Of a DNA stretch of 64,000 bases, positions 24,247-35,546 are shown in pieces. The DNA lies in contig JAMDHS010000037.1 in the NCBI GenBank assembly GCA_029717555.1, forward strand, positions 1-64,000, given 5' to 3'. This DNA is from Peribolospora baueri. Lineage: Eukaryota. The notes beneath the pieces are model-generated. The model was given only the letters and a program-made list of their open reading frames with translations, made no database searches and had not been told where the DNA came from. The position numbers were made by a program, and so were the translations under genes. Every line of letters starts with the position of its first letter. The first letter of the stretch is position 1.

Positions 24247-25920
24247 TTACAACCTGCCGGTCTGCGCTGCTTGAACGGCATGAGCTGCTGCCTCCTTGAA
24301 ATCGTCGTAAGTCGCAATGGGCAGCTTGGAATCTTGCAACTGTCACATCAAGTCCAGAACACGCCCAGTCAGCGGATATGCGTACCGTTCTCATGTTTTC
24401 GGGAGGCGACCGGCGCGTACCAATTTCTTGGCCTCCTCTGCTCCCGTTCCCTTCATCCGCGCCACGATGGGCTGCTTCATGTTGTTCTCGCGCACAGCCT
24501 CAATGATGCCCTGGGCCACAACACTGGCGAGGCATTACGAGGAGTGGTGATAAGCTAATGCTTCCATGCGATATCAGCGCTGCATTGTTGCGACTCACTT
24601 CGTGCGAGTGATTCCGCCGAAAGCTGCGCAGAGATTCGATCAGATAGTTAGACAATTGAGCAACGGCGCAGCGCCGACGCAGCAGGGGCAACGCACTGTT
24701 GATGAAAATCGCCTTCACATCAGGGTCTCGATTGAGCGTTTCCACCGCCAGCCTGGCGTTTGCCTTCGTTGCTCCTCCTCCGCCATCTAAGAAATTGGCG
24801 GACTGGAGTAAAGATACAGGTACCGGAGAATCAGCCCGAAAGAAGAGGGTGAGGAAGAGATGTTAGGGAGCTCACCTTGCCGCCTACTAGGCCTAGGCCG
24901 TCCATTGTTGCCATTGCATTGCCTGCACCATAACCGAAGCAGCCCACATTTCCGCCTGTTTAGACCAATAATTGGTCGAAGATGAGGAAAGCGGGATCAG
25001 AGTCTAGAAGGAAAAGTTCATGGTGCCACTATTGTGCGGGACTGCATAATAGTACTGCGCAACACGCACGAGACGCTTACCGTTGTTCAGCTTGATGTAA
25101 AAAAGGCCACCATCTTCGGCCAGGGCAGCGTTTGCGTTGCGGTTTCGCTTGTCGTAAATCTCCTTCAAGTTGGGCTGGCGATGCAGGGCAAAAGTGTCGA
25201 ACTCAAGGTGTGGGTCCAGCCTATGCGGATAGAAAGTGACATCGGCATCGGCATTGCATGCAGGGCAGACGTGGATAAAATCAAAGACAGCACTCACACC
25301 CTCACTTTTCCATCGTCAATGGAAAGCTTAAAGGTAAACCAAAGTCCCTCTCGCTCGTCAAAAATACGCCAAATGCTCTGAAGCACCTGTGCCGCCTTCC
25401 ACGTGAGGGGCTCAGGAAACGAGAGTCCGGCGAGCTGGGCCGTACGGATGAGGAGATCGAACGCCTGGTCGACGCTGAGCCCATTTCTGAGGTTGATCGG
25501 CAGTTGAATCACCGCCTTTGGCTCCTCCTCTTGGAGACGCATGATCCCCACAGAGCCCGGTCCCAGCTCATCATCCATCAATGAGGGCAATTTGGATGTC
25601 ACGGTACCGAGAAGCGAAGGACCGAAGTGACGGCGGACGCTGTCGTTGGCATCGGTGGGCAGAGCTTGAGGGCGGCGATCGGCATGCAAAAGAATGGAAA
25701 GAGACTTGGCTGTATTATGTGTTGTGCCGCCCTGGTCTGTGTGGTGAGCTGGTACGGGGGCCCCTGTCGATCTCAGAAATTCAATTGCAGAGCCTGCTCG
25801 TAGGTGTACTTGCCTCTTGGACGGCTGCCCTTGTCGCGTCAACGAAACAGCAGAAACTGCTGGTCGGGCGCCTGAGCAGTGCGTTGGCGAGCGAACAAAA
25901 TTAGCGAAGGTGGCGAGCAT
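24247..25920 (-). CDS. Succinyl-CoA ligase beta-subunit-like protein with truncated ATP-grasp domain; putative mitochondrial presequence
   Basis: C-terminal ligase domain GNVGCFGYGAGNAMATMD, ANFLDGGGGAT, DPDVKAIFINTFGGITRTN, PIVARMKGTGAEEAKKL. The N-terminal exon lacks KxQ..GGRGK. Confidence 0.85.
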
Positions 25921-26096
25921 CGGTGTGGATGTATGAAGTCAGACAAGCTATCATGTAGGCTCATGATTGCTTTTGTAAACACTCGCTCCGCAACACCCCG
26001 CTGCCGGTGGCGGTGGAGTTAAGCAACGCGAGCATGGTCACTGATTTGGACGGGGTCTGCGGTCGGCGATAAGTGACGCGCCCCTCGACGCCGGGA

Positions 26097-26105
26097 CGGC
26101 GTTAA
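26097..26105 (+). promoter_or_regulatory. CGGYKTTWA cluster motif in the divergent beta/alpha promoter
   Basis: CGGCGTTAA, with variants CGGCGATAA (26064) and TTAAGCCG (26274). Confidence 0.6.
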
Positions 26106-26313
26106 TAGTAGAGCCGGGCAACTCACCGCATGGCCCTAATCGACTGTTGAGACTCGAGGCTAGCTCCATCAATCTCTTTGCCGATGCCTCGGACACTTGA
26201 TTCAACTTAGAATGCCGAAGTCGCTCACTCATCAAATAGCAGGCGGCCTTTTCGCGGAGTGACAACCAGCAACTTAAGCCGTTCTTTCGACATCATCCTT
26301 CTCACAAGCCAGC

Positions 26314-27876
26314 ATGGTCTTGGGGATCTCAAGCTACGTCCGTGCTGCGACCCACAGTGCCAGACCGCTGGTACGAGATAATTGCCACCAGCAGCTCTTC
26401 CGCGCTTTCAGCACATCGCAACCGGCGCATTCGTATGCAGACACCATCAAGAACGTCGCAGTGGGCCCAGAGTCCAGGGTCATTGTCCAAGGATTCACTG
26501 GTAAAGCGGTGAGCACATCTTCGAGCAGCAGTGCGCGGCATACCCGCCTCCACTATACTGACATTGACTGACACCTTGCTCGGCTCCACTAGAGCACCTT
26601 CCATTCCAAAATCTCGATGGAGATCGGCACCAATATTGTTGGCGGTGTAAGCCCTGCCAAGGGCGGGGCGACCCACCTTGACAGACCGGTCTTCGGGACC
26701 GTTCGCGAGGTCCGTAATCCCCGTGTGCACTTTCGTTCCCCTGACTACGTGCGCGCGGCATCGAATCTCTGAACTATCCTCGCGCACTGTTCACAGGCCG
26801 CCAAGCAGCTGCAGCCGCATGCAACCACTGTCTTTGTACCTCCTCAACTGGCTGCGGATGCCATCATCGAGGCAATCGAAGCCGAGATTCCTCTAATTGT
26901 CAGCGTAGCAGAGGGCATACCTGTCAAAGACCAGATGAGGGCAAGTGTCCGGGCCTCCGCCCCCAGCAGCACGGAGCTCTCAACTTCACTTTTGGCCTTG
27001 TTTTCTTTTGCAGGTCATGTCCGCCCTCCACTCGCAATCAAAGTCTCGCCTGCTGGGCGCCAACTCGCCCGGACTGATGAACCCGTGAGTCCACTCTGGC
27101 TGTGTGATACATAGTGTCACACCTAGCAGAAAAGCTCAACGCGACCTCGTTTTCGTTGACTCAAAAGTGCTGGATGCCGAATGGGCATCTCTCCTCTCAT
27201 TATAGCAAAGCCAGGATGCGTTGGTTCGTGTTGACTCACTGCTACCCGACAAGCACGAGCTTCTTTGCGTGTGCCTCAAACTGTTCACTAACCGTATCAC
27301 ACGTTCGCGTGGATGCTCGTATTTCTCTGAGCGCAGGCATCGCCGCTCGCTCTGGCACCCTTTCTTACGAAGCGGCGTGGGCAACGCGGGGTCTGGGACA
27401 AACCTACATCCTCGGTCTCGGCGGAGACTTTTATCCCGGCACGCGCACGGCCGAAGCGCTGGACTTTTTCATGCAAGATTCGCGGACTGAAGGTGAGCGT
27501 AAAAGACACACGTATCAGATGCAACTAGCCTTCCCCGGTGGCGTCTGGCCATAGTTGACGTGACCCTTCCTCGTGCCCACCAGTCATTGTTCTCGTCGGC
27601 GAGGTAGGCGGCACAATGGAGGAAGAGTGCACCGAGCTACTCCAGAGCAAGTATTGGCAAGATGGTCGGCCCGCTAAGCCCGTGGTTGGCTTCCTCTCGG
27701 GCATGAGCGTCCCGCCCGGCCAAATTTTTGGGCACAGCGGAGCGATCTGGCGCGATGGCATTGCGTCGTCCCACCAGAAAAAGGCGGTGTGGGAGCAGGC
27801 CGGTATTAGAGTCGTTGACACTATTGCGGAGGTAGGGCGCGCAGCGGAGGAAGAACTAGCGAAGCTGAAGGAGTAA
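26314..27876 (+). CDS. Succinyl-CoA ligase alpha-subunit-like protein (divergent paralog), multi-exon
   Basis: [52 protein letters not shown], phospho-His loop [10 protein letters not shown]. One GC-AG intron starts at 26941. Confidence 0.92.
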
Positions 27877-28242
27877 ATAATAGCTGAGAAGAACCCACAC
27901 GACGTCACGCGCCATCTGGAATGTGACAGCATTAGGCTCGGGTTATTCGCAGGGGTCACTTTCACTGGGCAACAAGAGCCACGGGTATACAAACGAGTCT
28001 GTCTAGTCAATGCCGTCACAACTTGATGACTTGATAGAAGGCCTACGCGTATTGTATGTATCGTTCACAAGGAGGTCCTCTCGTGGCCTCGCCGCCGTCA
28101 GTGCGGATTGTAAACACCGCAAAAGCCGTCGAAGAGAGATAGGTGCGGTGGCACAGGCCTGCTCCCGTTAGGCACTTATAGGGCGCTGGGGCCCCAAAAG
28201 CAATAGTTTCGCGGCTACCTTGACCCCGCCTCAACGTTCGAT

Positions 28243-29933
28243 ATGCTTCTTCGCACCTCTCGTATAACATGCGGCGCTTTTCCGGCGACTGTGACACCAG
28301 CTGCACGGCCCTGGCGCAGTGTCCAACACCGCCCGCTAGGCTCACTTGCGAAGCTGAATGAAATAATGGGTACCAGGCAGCCGCCGTTACCACGCCGCTC
28401 GCTTCTTTACGGTGAGTCCGACTGAGCGCGTTTCTAAGTCGTGCTTGCCTAATGCATGTGAATATGACCATCAGTGCCGTCATCATCGGCGAAGCGAATG
28501 GCCTCCGCTGTTAAGCTCGGTACACCCGATACCATTATCTTCGATTTGGAGGACAGCGTCGCGCCGGCCGTGAAGGCTAGCGCGCGACACCAGCTTCAAG
28601 AGGTACTCACTGGTATCGGTCGTTCCCATTCCGACAAGGAGCCGGGAACTAACCAGGCGGCTTACGCCGTCAGGATCAATTCAATGGGCAGCGGACAAGA
28701 GCAAGAAGATCTCCGACTTGTTGTGAGCTGTACAGCAGTCCTCTCAGTCGCAACTTTTCGGTACAAGAACATCATTTTGACCGAGTGTCTTTCATCTCTT
28801 GCCAGCTGGCAAACCCGCTGGTGCGTACTATCATGGTGCCAAAGGTCGATCATCCCGAGCGTCTTGAACACCTTTCCGGCCTACTTCAAGGTATGAAATC
28901 TTCGCCAGCCTCAAGCGGGTGAGTGCTGGTATTCTTCGCAAGATTTTTCCGTGCAAGTCTGACAAAATCTTTGCCTCGTACACGAGACAGCCCCTTGCGC
29001 GTCATCGCTCTCATCGAATCGCCGTTAGGTCTCCTGAACTTGTCCCAGATTGCCTTTTCACCAACACTGCGCACTGCGCAGGCGCAGTTAGACGGTCTGG
29101 CGTATGCGGCCGAAGATCATTGTGCCTCCGCTAGTATCATCCGTGGGCCGGGCGCACTCGAAGTGCTCTTTGCGCGCAGCGCCGTCGTGAACGCCGCTAA
29201 AGCAGCGCGCCTGTCCGCTTTTGATATGGTGTGTTTCCAGTGACTTGATTTTTGCAGTGAGAGCCTTGCTCTTTCTGAACGGTATGTTGTTCTGTGACCT
29301 TGGCGGATCATCGTCGTACCGCCGTAGGTCTGCATTCAGCTTCAGGACCAAGCAGCGCTCGAGTTGGAGGCGAGCCAGGCCAGAAGGCTAGGCTTCGACG
29401 GCAAGGTTTGTAGTTCGCTCGCACGTTGCCGACGCCCACAGTTCAGTTGGTTGCTCACGTTTGCCCCTCGTCGGCCTCGATCGGGCTGCATCTTACTTTC
29501 CGGAGTGCAGCAAGCGGTTCATCCCTCGCAAGTCGACTGCATCAACAGCGCTTTCGTGCCAGGAGCGAACGGTGAGCAACCTTGCATGGGAGTCATATTT
29601 CCGTCAAAACGCGCCATGCTGACTCTGCAATGTGCTCTCCCGAAGAAATCCGTCGCGCAAAATTCATCGTTGAAAGTCTTAAGGGGAAACAAGGTTGTTC
29701 TTCCGGCATTGCCCAGGGCGTCACAGCTCTGACGTACGAACATGCGGATCGAACGGAAACGATCATGGTCGACAAGCCGGTAGTGGAGTGAGTAGTCCCA
29801 ACTTCACGAGGAACTGGGATACAATAGCGTTTTCTGAAGCCCATATGACTTTGCACGTCGCGTGTAAATTCCGTTTCTCGATGGCAGACAGGCGCAGAAG
29901 CTTATCGCAAACGCTGAAACATTCGGACTTTGA
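28243..29933 (+). CDS. CitE/HpcH-HpaI family acyl-CoA lyase (citramalyl-CoA lyase / citrate lyase beta-like)
   Basis: RRSLLY-VP, IIFDLEDSVAP, AVRINS, MVPKV, IALIESPLG, YAAED, AFDMVC, GFDGK-QAVHPSQV, MVDKPV. Confidence 0.9.
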
Positions 29934-30088
29934 GCTGGACTGGCTTCAAGGCAACCTAGGCTGAGCCGGTGATCCGCCGCTTTTACCACCGCCTGCTAAA
30001 CCGGGTGTGTCGTGGGATACAATCATAACTCCTCTTTGAAGTCCCCAGCTCGGGGATATAGTCGGCTGACCCGTAAGGGCCGCATGCA

Positions 30089-30157
30089 TTTTCGGCTTTA
30101 ATTTGTGTTTTCGGCTTTAATCTGTCTTTTCGGCTTTAATTGTCTTTTCGGCTTAAT
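30089..30157. repeat. Tandem array of about 19-bp units each carrying CGGCTT(T)AA
   Basis: TTTTCGGCTTTAAT.. units with cores starting at 30093, 30112, 30131 and 30149. Confidence 0.9.
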
Positions 30158-30401
30158 CCGCCTTGCACTACGCTGCTTACGCCGCACTGTACGTTGTTTA
30201 AGGTTTTGACCTTGTGGTCCAGCACGTACAGTGCGGCCTTGTGCGGCGTTAATGGATAGGCAAAGCGAGCCGTGCAAGAAGGTAGCAAGGGAGTGAGCAA
30301 CGAGGACTTGATATGACGGGGGGACCGGGCCCTGGCCAGTGCACCGAGAAGCTTCCTGTCCATTGTTCGCTGACACTTTTTACTACACTTGCTCCTTTAA
30401 C

Positions 30402-32196
30402 ATGATCGTCCCGTCACGATTTCCACTCTCCGCCTTGAAGCCCTGCTGCACGACACGAGCAATGCTCTGCCGAGCCTATCGGTGCTGGCAGACGGACGTC
30501 AGGCTCATTTCGTCCAGATCGCCTGGCAGAGCAGCATCGCCAGCAGCAACCTCGACATCACAGGTCGGTCTGTCGTCGCCTGTGACCGTTTGGGCGCAAG
30601 AGGCCGCATCACGCGTTCGCAAACAGGACGACGTTGCCGATCTCAACAGAGCTCGGCAGCTCGCCCTTTGTCTACCGCACAGGGCGGCTGTCCCCACTCG
30701 TCCAGGCAAGCAACCTCAGCTGGTAGCCAAAGGTGGAGAGGAAGTCATCGAGATAACAAAAGGGTGTCGGATGCCCAGCGGCGCCTCGTGTGAGCTTTTT
30801 TTTTTTTTTGTTTTGTTTTGGATTATTTTGTTCTTCTCTCTGTTACTATTACTCTATTGTTCTTCATTTTTGTCATTGTTATTCTGGCAAGTTTCAAGTT
30901 GGCGACGGGTTTCCCCCGCTGTCTGAAACTGACGAAGTTTCACAATACTCCACCGCTCTCTGTGTGACATTATAAAGTCACACTTTTCAACCCTCTGCTA
31001 CCAGAGCCTGTGCTAGCGAGCGATGGGACCGAACGTATGTTTGGCCCTCCGGGTGGATACGACCAACGCATGTGGGCTGGCGGGTCCGTGGAGTTCAATT
31101 CCGACAACGTGCTTCGCGTGGGAGACGAAGTGCAATGCGAAGAGAGCGTCGAGAAGGTGACTCGCTCTTGCCTGCTTGGCGGCTCGATAGCACGATTTCG
31201 CCCGTGGGCTTTGGCATTCAGCCTTTTCTTGCAAATCTAACCCCTTTTGCTTCTTCCTTTTGCCCAGGTAGAGCACAAGTCGAGCACAAGCAATGGGAGC
31301 ATGTTGCTAGTCTGGCGCAAGCTCGTGACGAGCAATTCGAATGGTGTCGTATGCACCGAGCGCCGCTGTCACGTTTACCGCAAGCCTCGCCCGCATGCCG
31401 AGATTGACCAGAGTATCAGCCCACGCAAAAAATCTCCTCGTAAGCCCAGACGCTCCCACCCGTACTCTTATCACGAGCGCCATAAATCAGCTTGAAGTTG
31501 CTCATCGCCCTCGCGGCGCTCGTTGACTCCTTCAGCTCAAGAGAGGTCCGCCGACTTCTGCATGCTCTTTCACCCTACACCGGCAACACTTTTCCGCTAC
31601 AGTGCAATTACTTTCAACGCGCACAAAATTCACTTGGACCCCCAATGTGAGAGAAAACGGGCGTCATGTGAATGTTGGCCTTGGGAAAATATACATTTCT
31701 GCACGTATTTGTGACGAAACAAGCGTCGCTGAAACCTTCTCTGCTCTTTTCATCCGAACCCAACACATATGTTGCTCGCAGACTGCCGCGCAGAAGAGGG
31801 CCACCCTGGTGAGTACATGCAACTTGCTCTAACCGCGTGCAGAGCATGACTCGAGATACTCACGGAACAATTTTCCTTCTCTGGCTCTCGCTGCTCCGTT
31901 GGCGCTTCGTAGACTGCCTCGTTCACGGACCACTAACCGCCACCTTGCTCATGTGCCTCATCGACCGTGTGGCCGGCGCTGGGTATCTTCGAAGCTTTAA
32001 GTACCGCGCAAGTTCGCCGCTCGTGGTGGGCCAAAAGGTTACGCTGAACGGGCGCTGGGTGGGAAAAGAGCCGAAAGAAGGCAATCTTCGCCAGGCAGAA
32101 CTGTGGGCTGTTGACGAGCAAGGCCTAACTTGCATGTCTGCAGAAGCGATGATTGAAGACCCTGACAGGCAAATACCTGCGACGTCGTCCGCCTAG
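30402..32196 (+). CDS. Hot-dog fold hydratase, HTD2 / itaconyl-CoA (mesaconyl-C4-CoA) hydratase-like
   Basis: LASDGTE, QRMWAGGSVEF, LFRYSAITFNAHKIHLD, EGHP-DCLVHGPLTATLL, FKYRASSPL; Arg/Ser-rich N-terminus. Confidence 0.88.
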
Positions 32197-32934
32197 TTTC
32201 ACCATGAAGGCTTCAACGGATACTGGACGGCCGTGAGACGCGAACGTTTCACTTCTGTGGGGCCCTTTTTGCGCCAGGACATCGCTACCAACGCCTGTCT
32301 TCGCTTTTTCGAACCCACATGTGTAAACACTCTTCTTCGTGATCTCAACAAGCCAAGGCGCCCACGACTGTAAGAAACGCAGAGACGGATGGCGGTGGAG
32401 TAGCAGCAAGGGGTAATTTACCTTTCTGCGCCCCGCATTCCAGTGTTAAATATTGTGTCCTGGTATTGTGTAACTGGTACATGTCCGTTAGGGAACGCTA
32501 CCTGCATTTGGACCTGTGACTACCTAGAACGTCTTGTTCGTAACGTGCATATTTCGGGTCGCTGAAGTGCAGAGTCGCAAGCGAGAGCGAGCACCGAAAG
32601 ATTGCTGACATGCTAATGTCGTCGCGGAATTCTTCGTCATCGTTGAGCGTGGCAACAAAGGGGCTGCGATCTCAATCTGCACGGCGTGTTTGTTGAACCA
32701 CTCGCAAGAAGGGAACTTTGCAAGAAGCTGTGCCTGTAGCGAGTATGCCGGATTCATACACTCGAATGCGACCTCGTATCTAGTCACGGTCGTGGGTAGG
32801 GAGGGCCCCTGATTCGTGCAGATGAAAGCGTATGGTATTTCTTGGGCACGGTCACGACCACACAGGGAGTTCTTGAAAACTGTGCGCCAATGCCCACCTA
32901 CATCCTTGTCAAGGGGCGCAAGTCGGTTACAGCT

Positions 32935-34937
32935 TTAGCTCACATCGAAGTTAACTGCCTTGATCGTCAGATACTCTTCGATCCCGTATGCACTCCCCTC
33001 TCTTCCGTATCCGCTCTCCTTTACGCCGCCAAATGGAGATTCGCATGCTGAAAGCATGCCCGTGTTCACTCCAACCTGCTCCGCGGCCGGCCGAAGAAAG
33101 AGGGGGGAGGATGGAGGGCAGCGGTTAGTACCACGTGAGAGAAAAACGATTTCAAGACGTAGCGGTAAGGCAGCAGCAAGGCTGTATCGACCTTAGATCT
33201 TAGTTGGCTCACCATCCCAGTCTCGATCCCTTCCGCCATGCGTAACGCGCGGCCAAGGTTAGTTGTGTACACATATCCACCCAAGCCCACGCTTGCGTCG
33301 TTGGCAAGCGCCAGCGCCTCCTCATCGGTGTCAAATGTACGCACTGCAGCGACGGGTCCGAACGTCTCCTCGCGCCAGATCAACATTTGGTCGGTAAGTC
33401 CCGTAACGATCGTGGGGGGAAAAAAGTAGCCACCCTCGAACGGTGTCGTCACGAAAGGTGAGGGGGCCGACCACGCCACCTTCCCGCCCACCTGGAGAGC
33501 CTGCTCAACGTGCGCGCGCGCTTTGTCCACTGCGCGTGCTGAGATGAGTGGGCCGATCACCGAGGTATGGTCGGCGCCGCCGCCAACCTTCATGTTGGCA
33601 AATGCGGCAGCAAGGCGCTGGACGAAAGCGTCATGAATATTGCGCTGCACAAAGATGCGGTTGGCGGCCACACACGTTTGGCCCGCGTTGCGCATTTTGC
33701 TCAAAACGACAGCCGCCACCGCCTTGTCGAGGTCGGCGTCCTCAAAAACAAGCGCGGGTGCGTTTCCACCAAGCTCGAGAGAGAGTTTCTTGAGGGTTTC
33801 TGCGCTCTGCTTGACTAAAAGCTTACCCACACGCGTCGAGCCCGTGAGCGAAATTTTGCGGACGCGAGGGTCGACGCACAGCGCCTCGCCTACTTCGGCA
33901 GTGTTATCCAGAGCAAGGACCACGTTGAGCACGCCTGGCGGGATCCCGCAGCGGAGCGCCAGCTCGCCCAGGGCCAAGGTTGACAGCGGGGTCTCGCCGG
34001 CCGGCTTGAGCACGGTGGTGCAGCCAGCTGCAATTGCAGCGGCCAGTTTACGAGTTGCCATTGCAAGAGGTAGCTGAATTCACGTTTCAAAAGAGGTAAG
34101 AACACGCGGGCTTTTTCTGCCAACTGTGAGCCCTTGCTACGCACGTTCCATGGGCAGAACGCTGCCACTACGCCAATGGGCTGCTTGATCGTCATGATCC
34201 TGCTCGTTGGATTGGCTGCCGGGATGGTGAGACCATACGTGCGCTCTGCCTCGCCGCTGAACCACTCGAGGAACGAGGCAGAATACACAACCTCAGCTTC
34301 CGCTTCCGCACCTGATGCGCTCGTAGGAGACATGCGAGGACAGTAAGTTGAGGCTGTGTGTGAGTAAGGACAAGAGGTTTGGTGTCGAGGAGGAAAAGAG
34401 AAGTCAAATGGGTTGCTCACGAGGCTTTCCATTTTCGGCTACGATTAGCGTCGCAATGTCGGACTTGTGAGCGAGAAGAGCATCGTTGAGGGTGCGGAGC
34501 ATCCGCGCGCGCGATCTGGCAGGAGTCCGTTTGAAGGAGACGAACGCATTGCTTGCCGCATCAATGGCCTTCCGGACATCGGCGGTGTCCATCTCAGGAA
34601 CATCTACCAAGTGCTTGCCGGTGCTGGGGTCTACAATAGAGAGTGGAAAATATGCCAGGCCGGAAACATAATGGGTTATCATCGCGTCTCGGTTTCTGAT
34701 CCCATCGTAGCATCGGTGCAGCTCAGCAAAATCTCGCTTACCCAGTACGGGGAAACGCTTGCGTCCAGTGGCCTCGACCCACTGTCCATTGATAAGTGCC
34801 TTGTCGCGGAAGAGCCCGCCATCCGTGAGCGTAGCGCCAAGCTACAACAAGGGTTAGGGTGAGAGGTGCAGAACCGGCGTCAGAAGCGCAATGCCATTAT
34901 GGTAGATTGGCGAGCCTACTGAACTTACGGTTTCCAT
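32935..34937 (-). CDS. Succinate-semialdehyde dehydrogenase-like aldehyde dehydrogenase (GabD/Uga2 type), multi-exon
   Basis: [74 protein letters not shown]. Confidence 0.93.
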
Positions 34938-35124
34938 GTTGGCGAGAAAAGTACGGATCGTTCAGTACGCAAGCAAGTAAGAGTGCCTGAGCGGGAAGAA
35001 CGCCAGAAGTGTGAGGTAGGTTACGAGCGACTGGTGTCGGAAAGCGGGAACCGTCTCATTAAGCTTCGGGCGTATATAGCGGAGTGGAGGGCCGTTTGCC
35101 CCACACAAGGGTCATGCGGTCGGG

Positions 35125-35308
35125 CGGCGTTAAAGAGGTTATCATAGACGTCGTTGAACATTCACGACGAGTAGCATTCTAGACTAACCCTACCGCGCTA
35201 TTATCCGTCTGCTGATACTCCCTGCTGGACCACTACTCAGCTTAACGCCGCCGCGCACTGGCTCACCTCCCCCGTTGCGGGTCCAAGCGGTTCACGACGT
35301 TAACGCCG
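35125..35308. promoter_or_regulatory. Three CGGCGTTAA motif copies in the divergent SSADH/flavoprotein promoter
   Basis: 35125-35133 (+), 35242-35250 (-), 35300-35308 (-). Confidence 0.7.
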
Positions 35309-35546
35309 CATCTGCCCCAACTTCTGGCTCAGTGAGGCCGGGTCCTGAGCCTCAGGAAGGATCGAGCTGTGCGGGGCCCCGGTTCACTCCATTCCGACGT
35401 CGAGCAAGGCACATTGACAGTACTTAAAGGCTGGCTGCACCTGCGAAAGTTCCATCTCTTCCATCGTCTTCAACTCTACGGAAACCCTTCTTCGGACGCG
35501 AAATTTTATATCTTCCCTTCCATCTTCCTAGCTGATACACGAGACC

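Noticed and set aside
30089..30157. Possible CRISPR-like array
   Set aside because: Units are directly tandem with no unique spacers, the context is eukaryotic and there are no cas genes.
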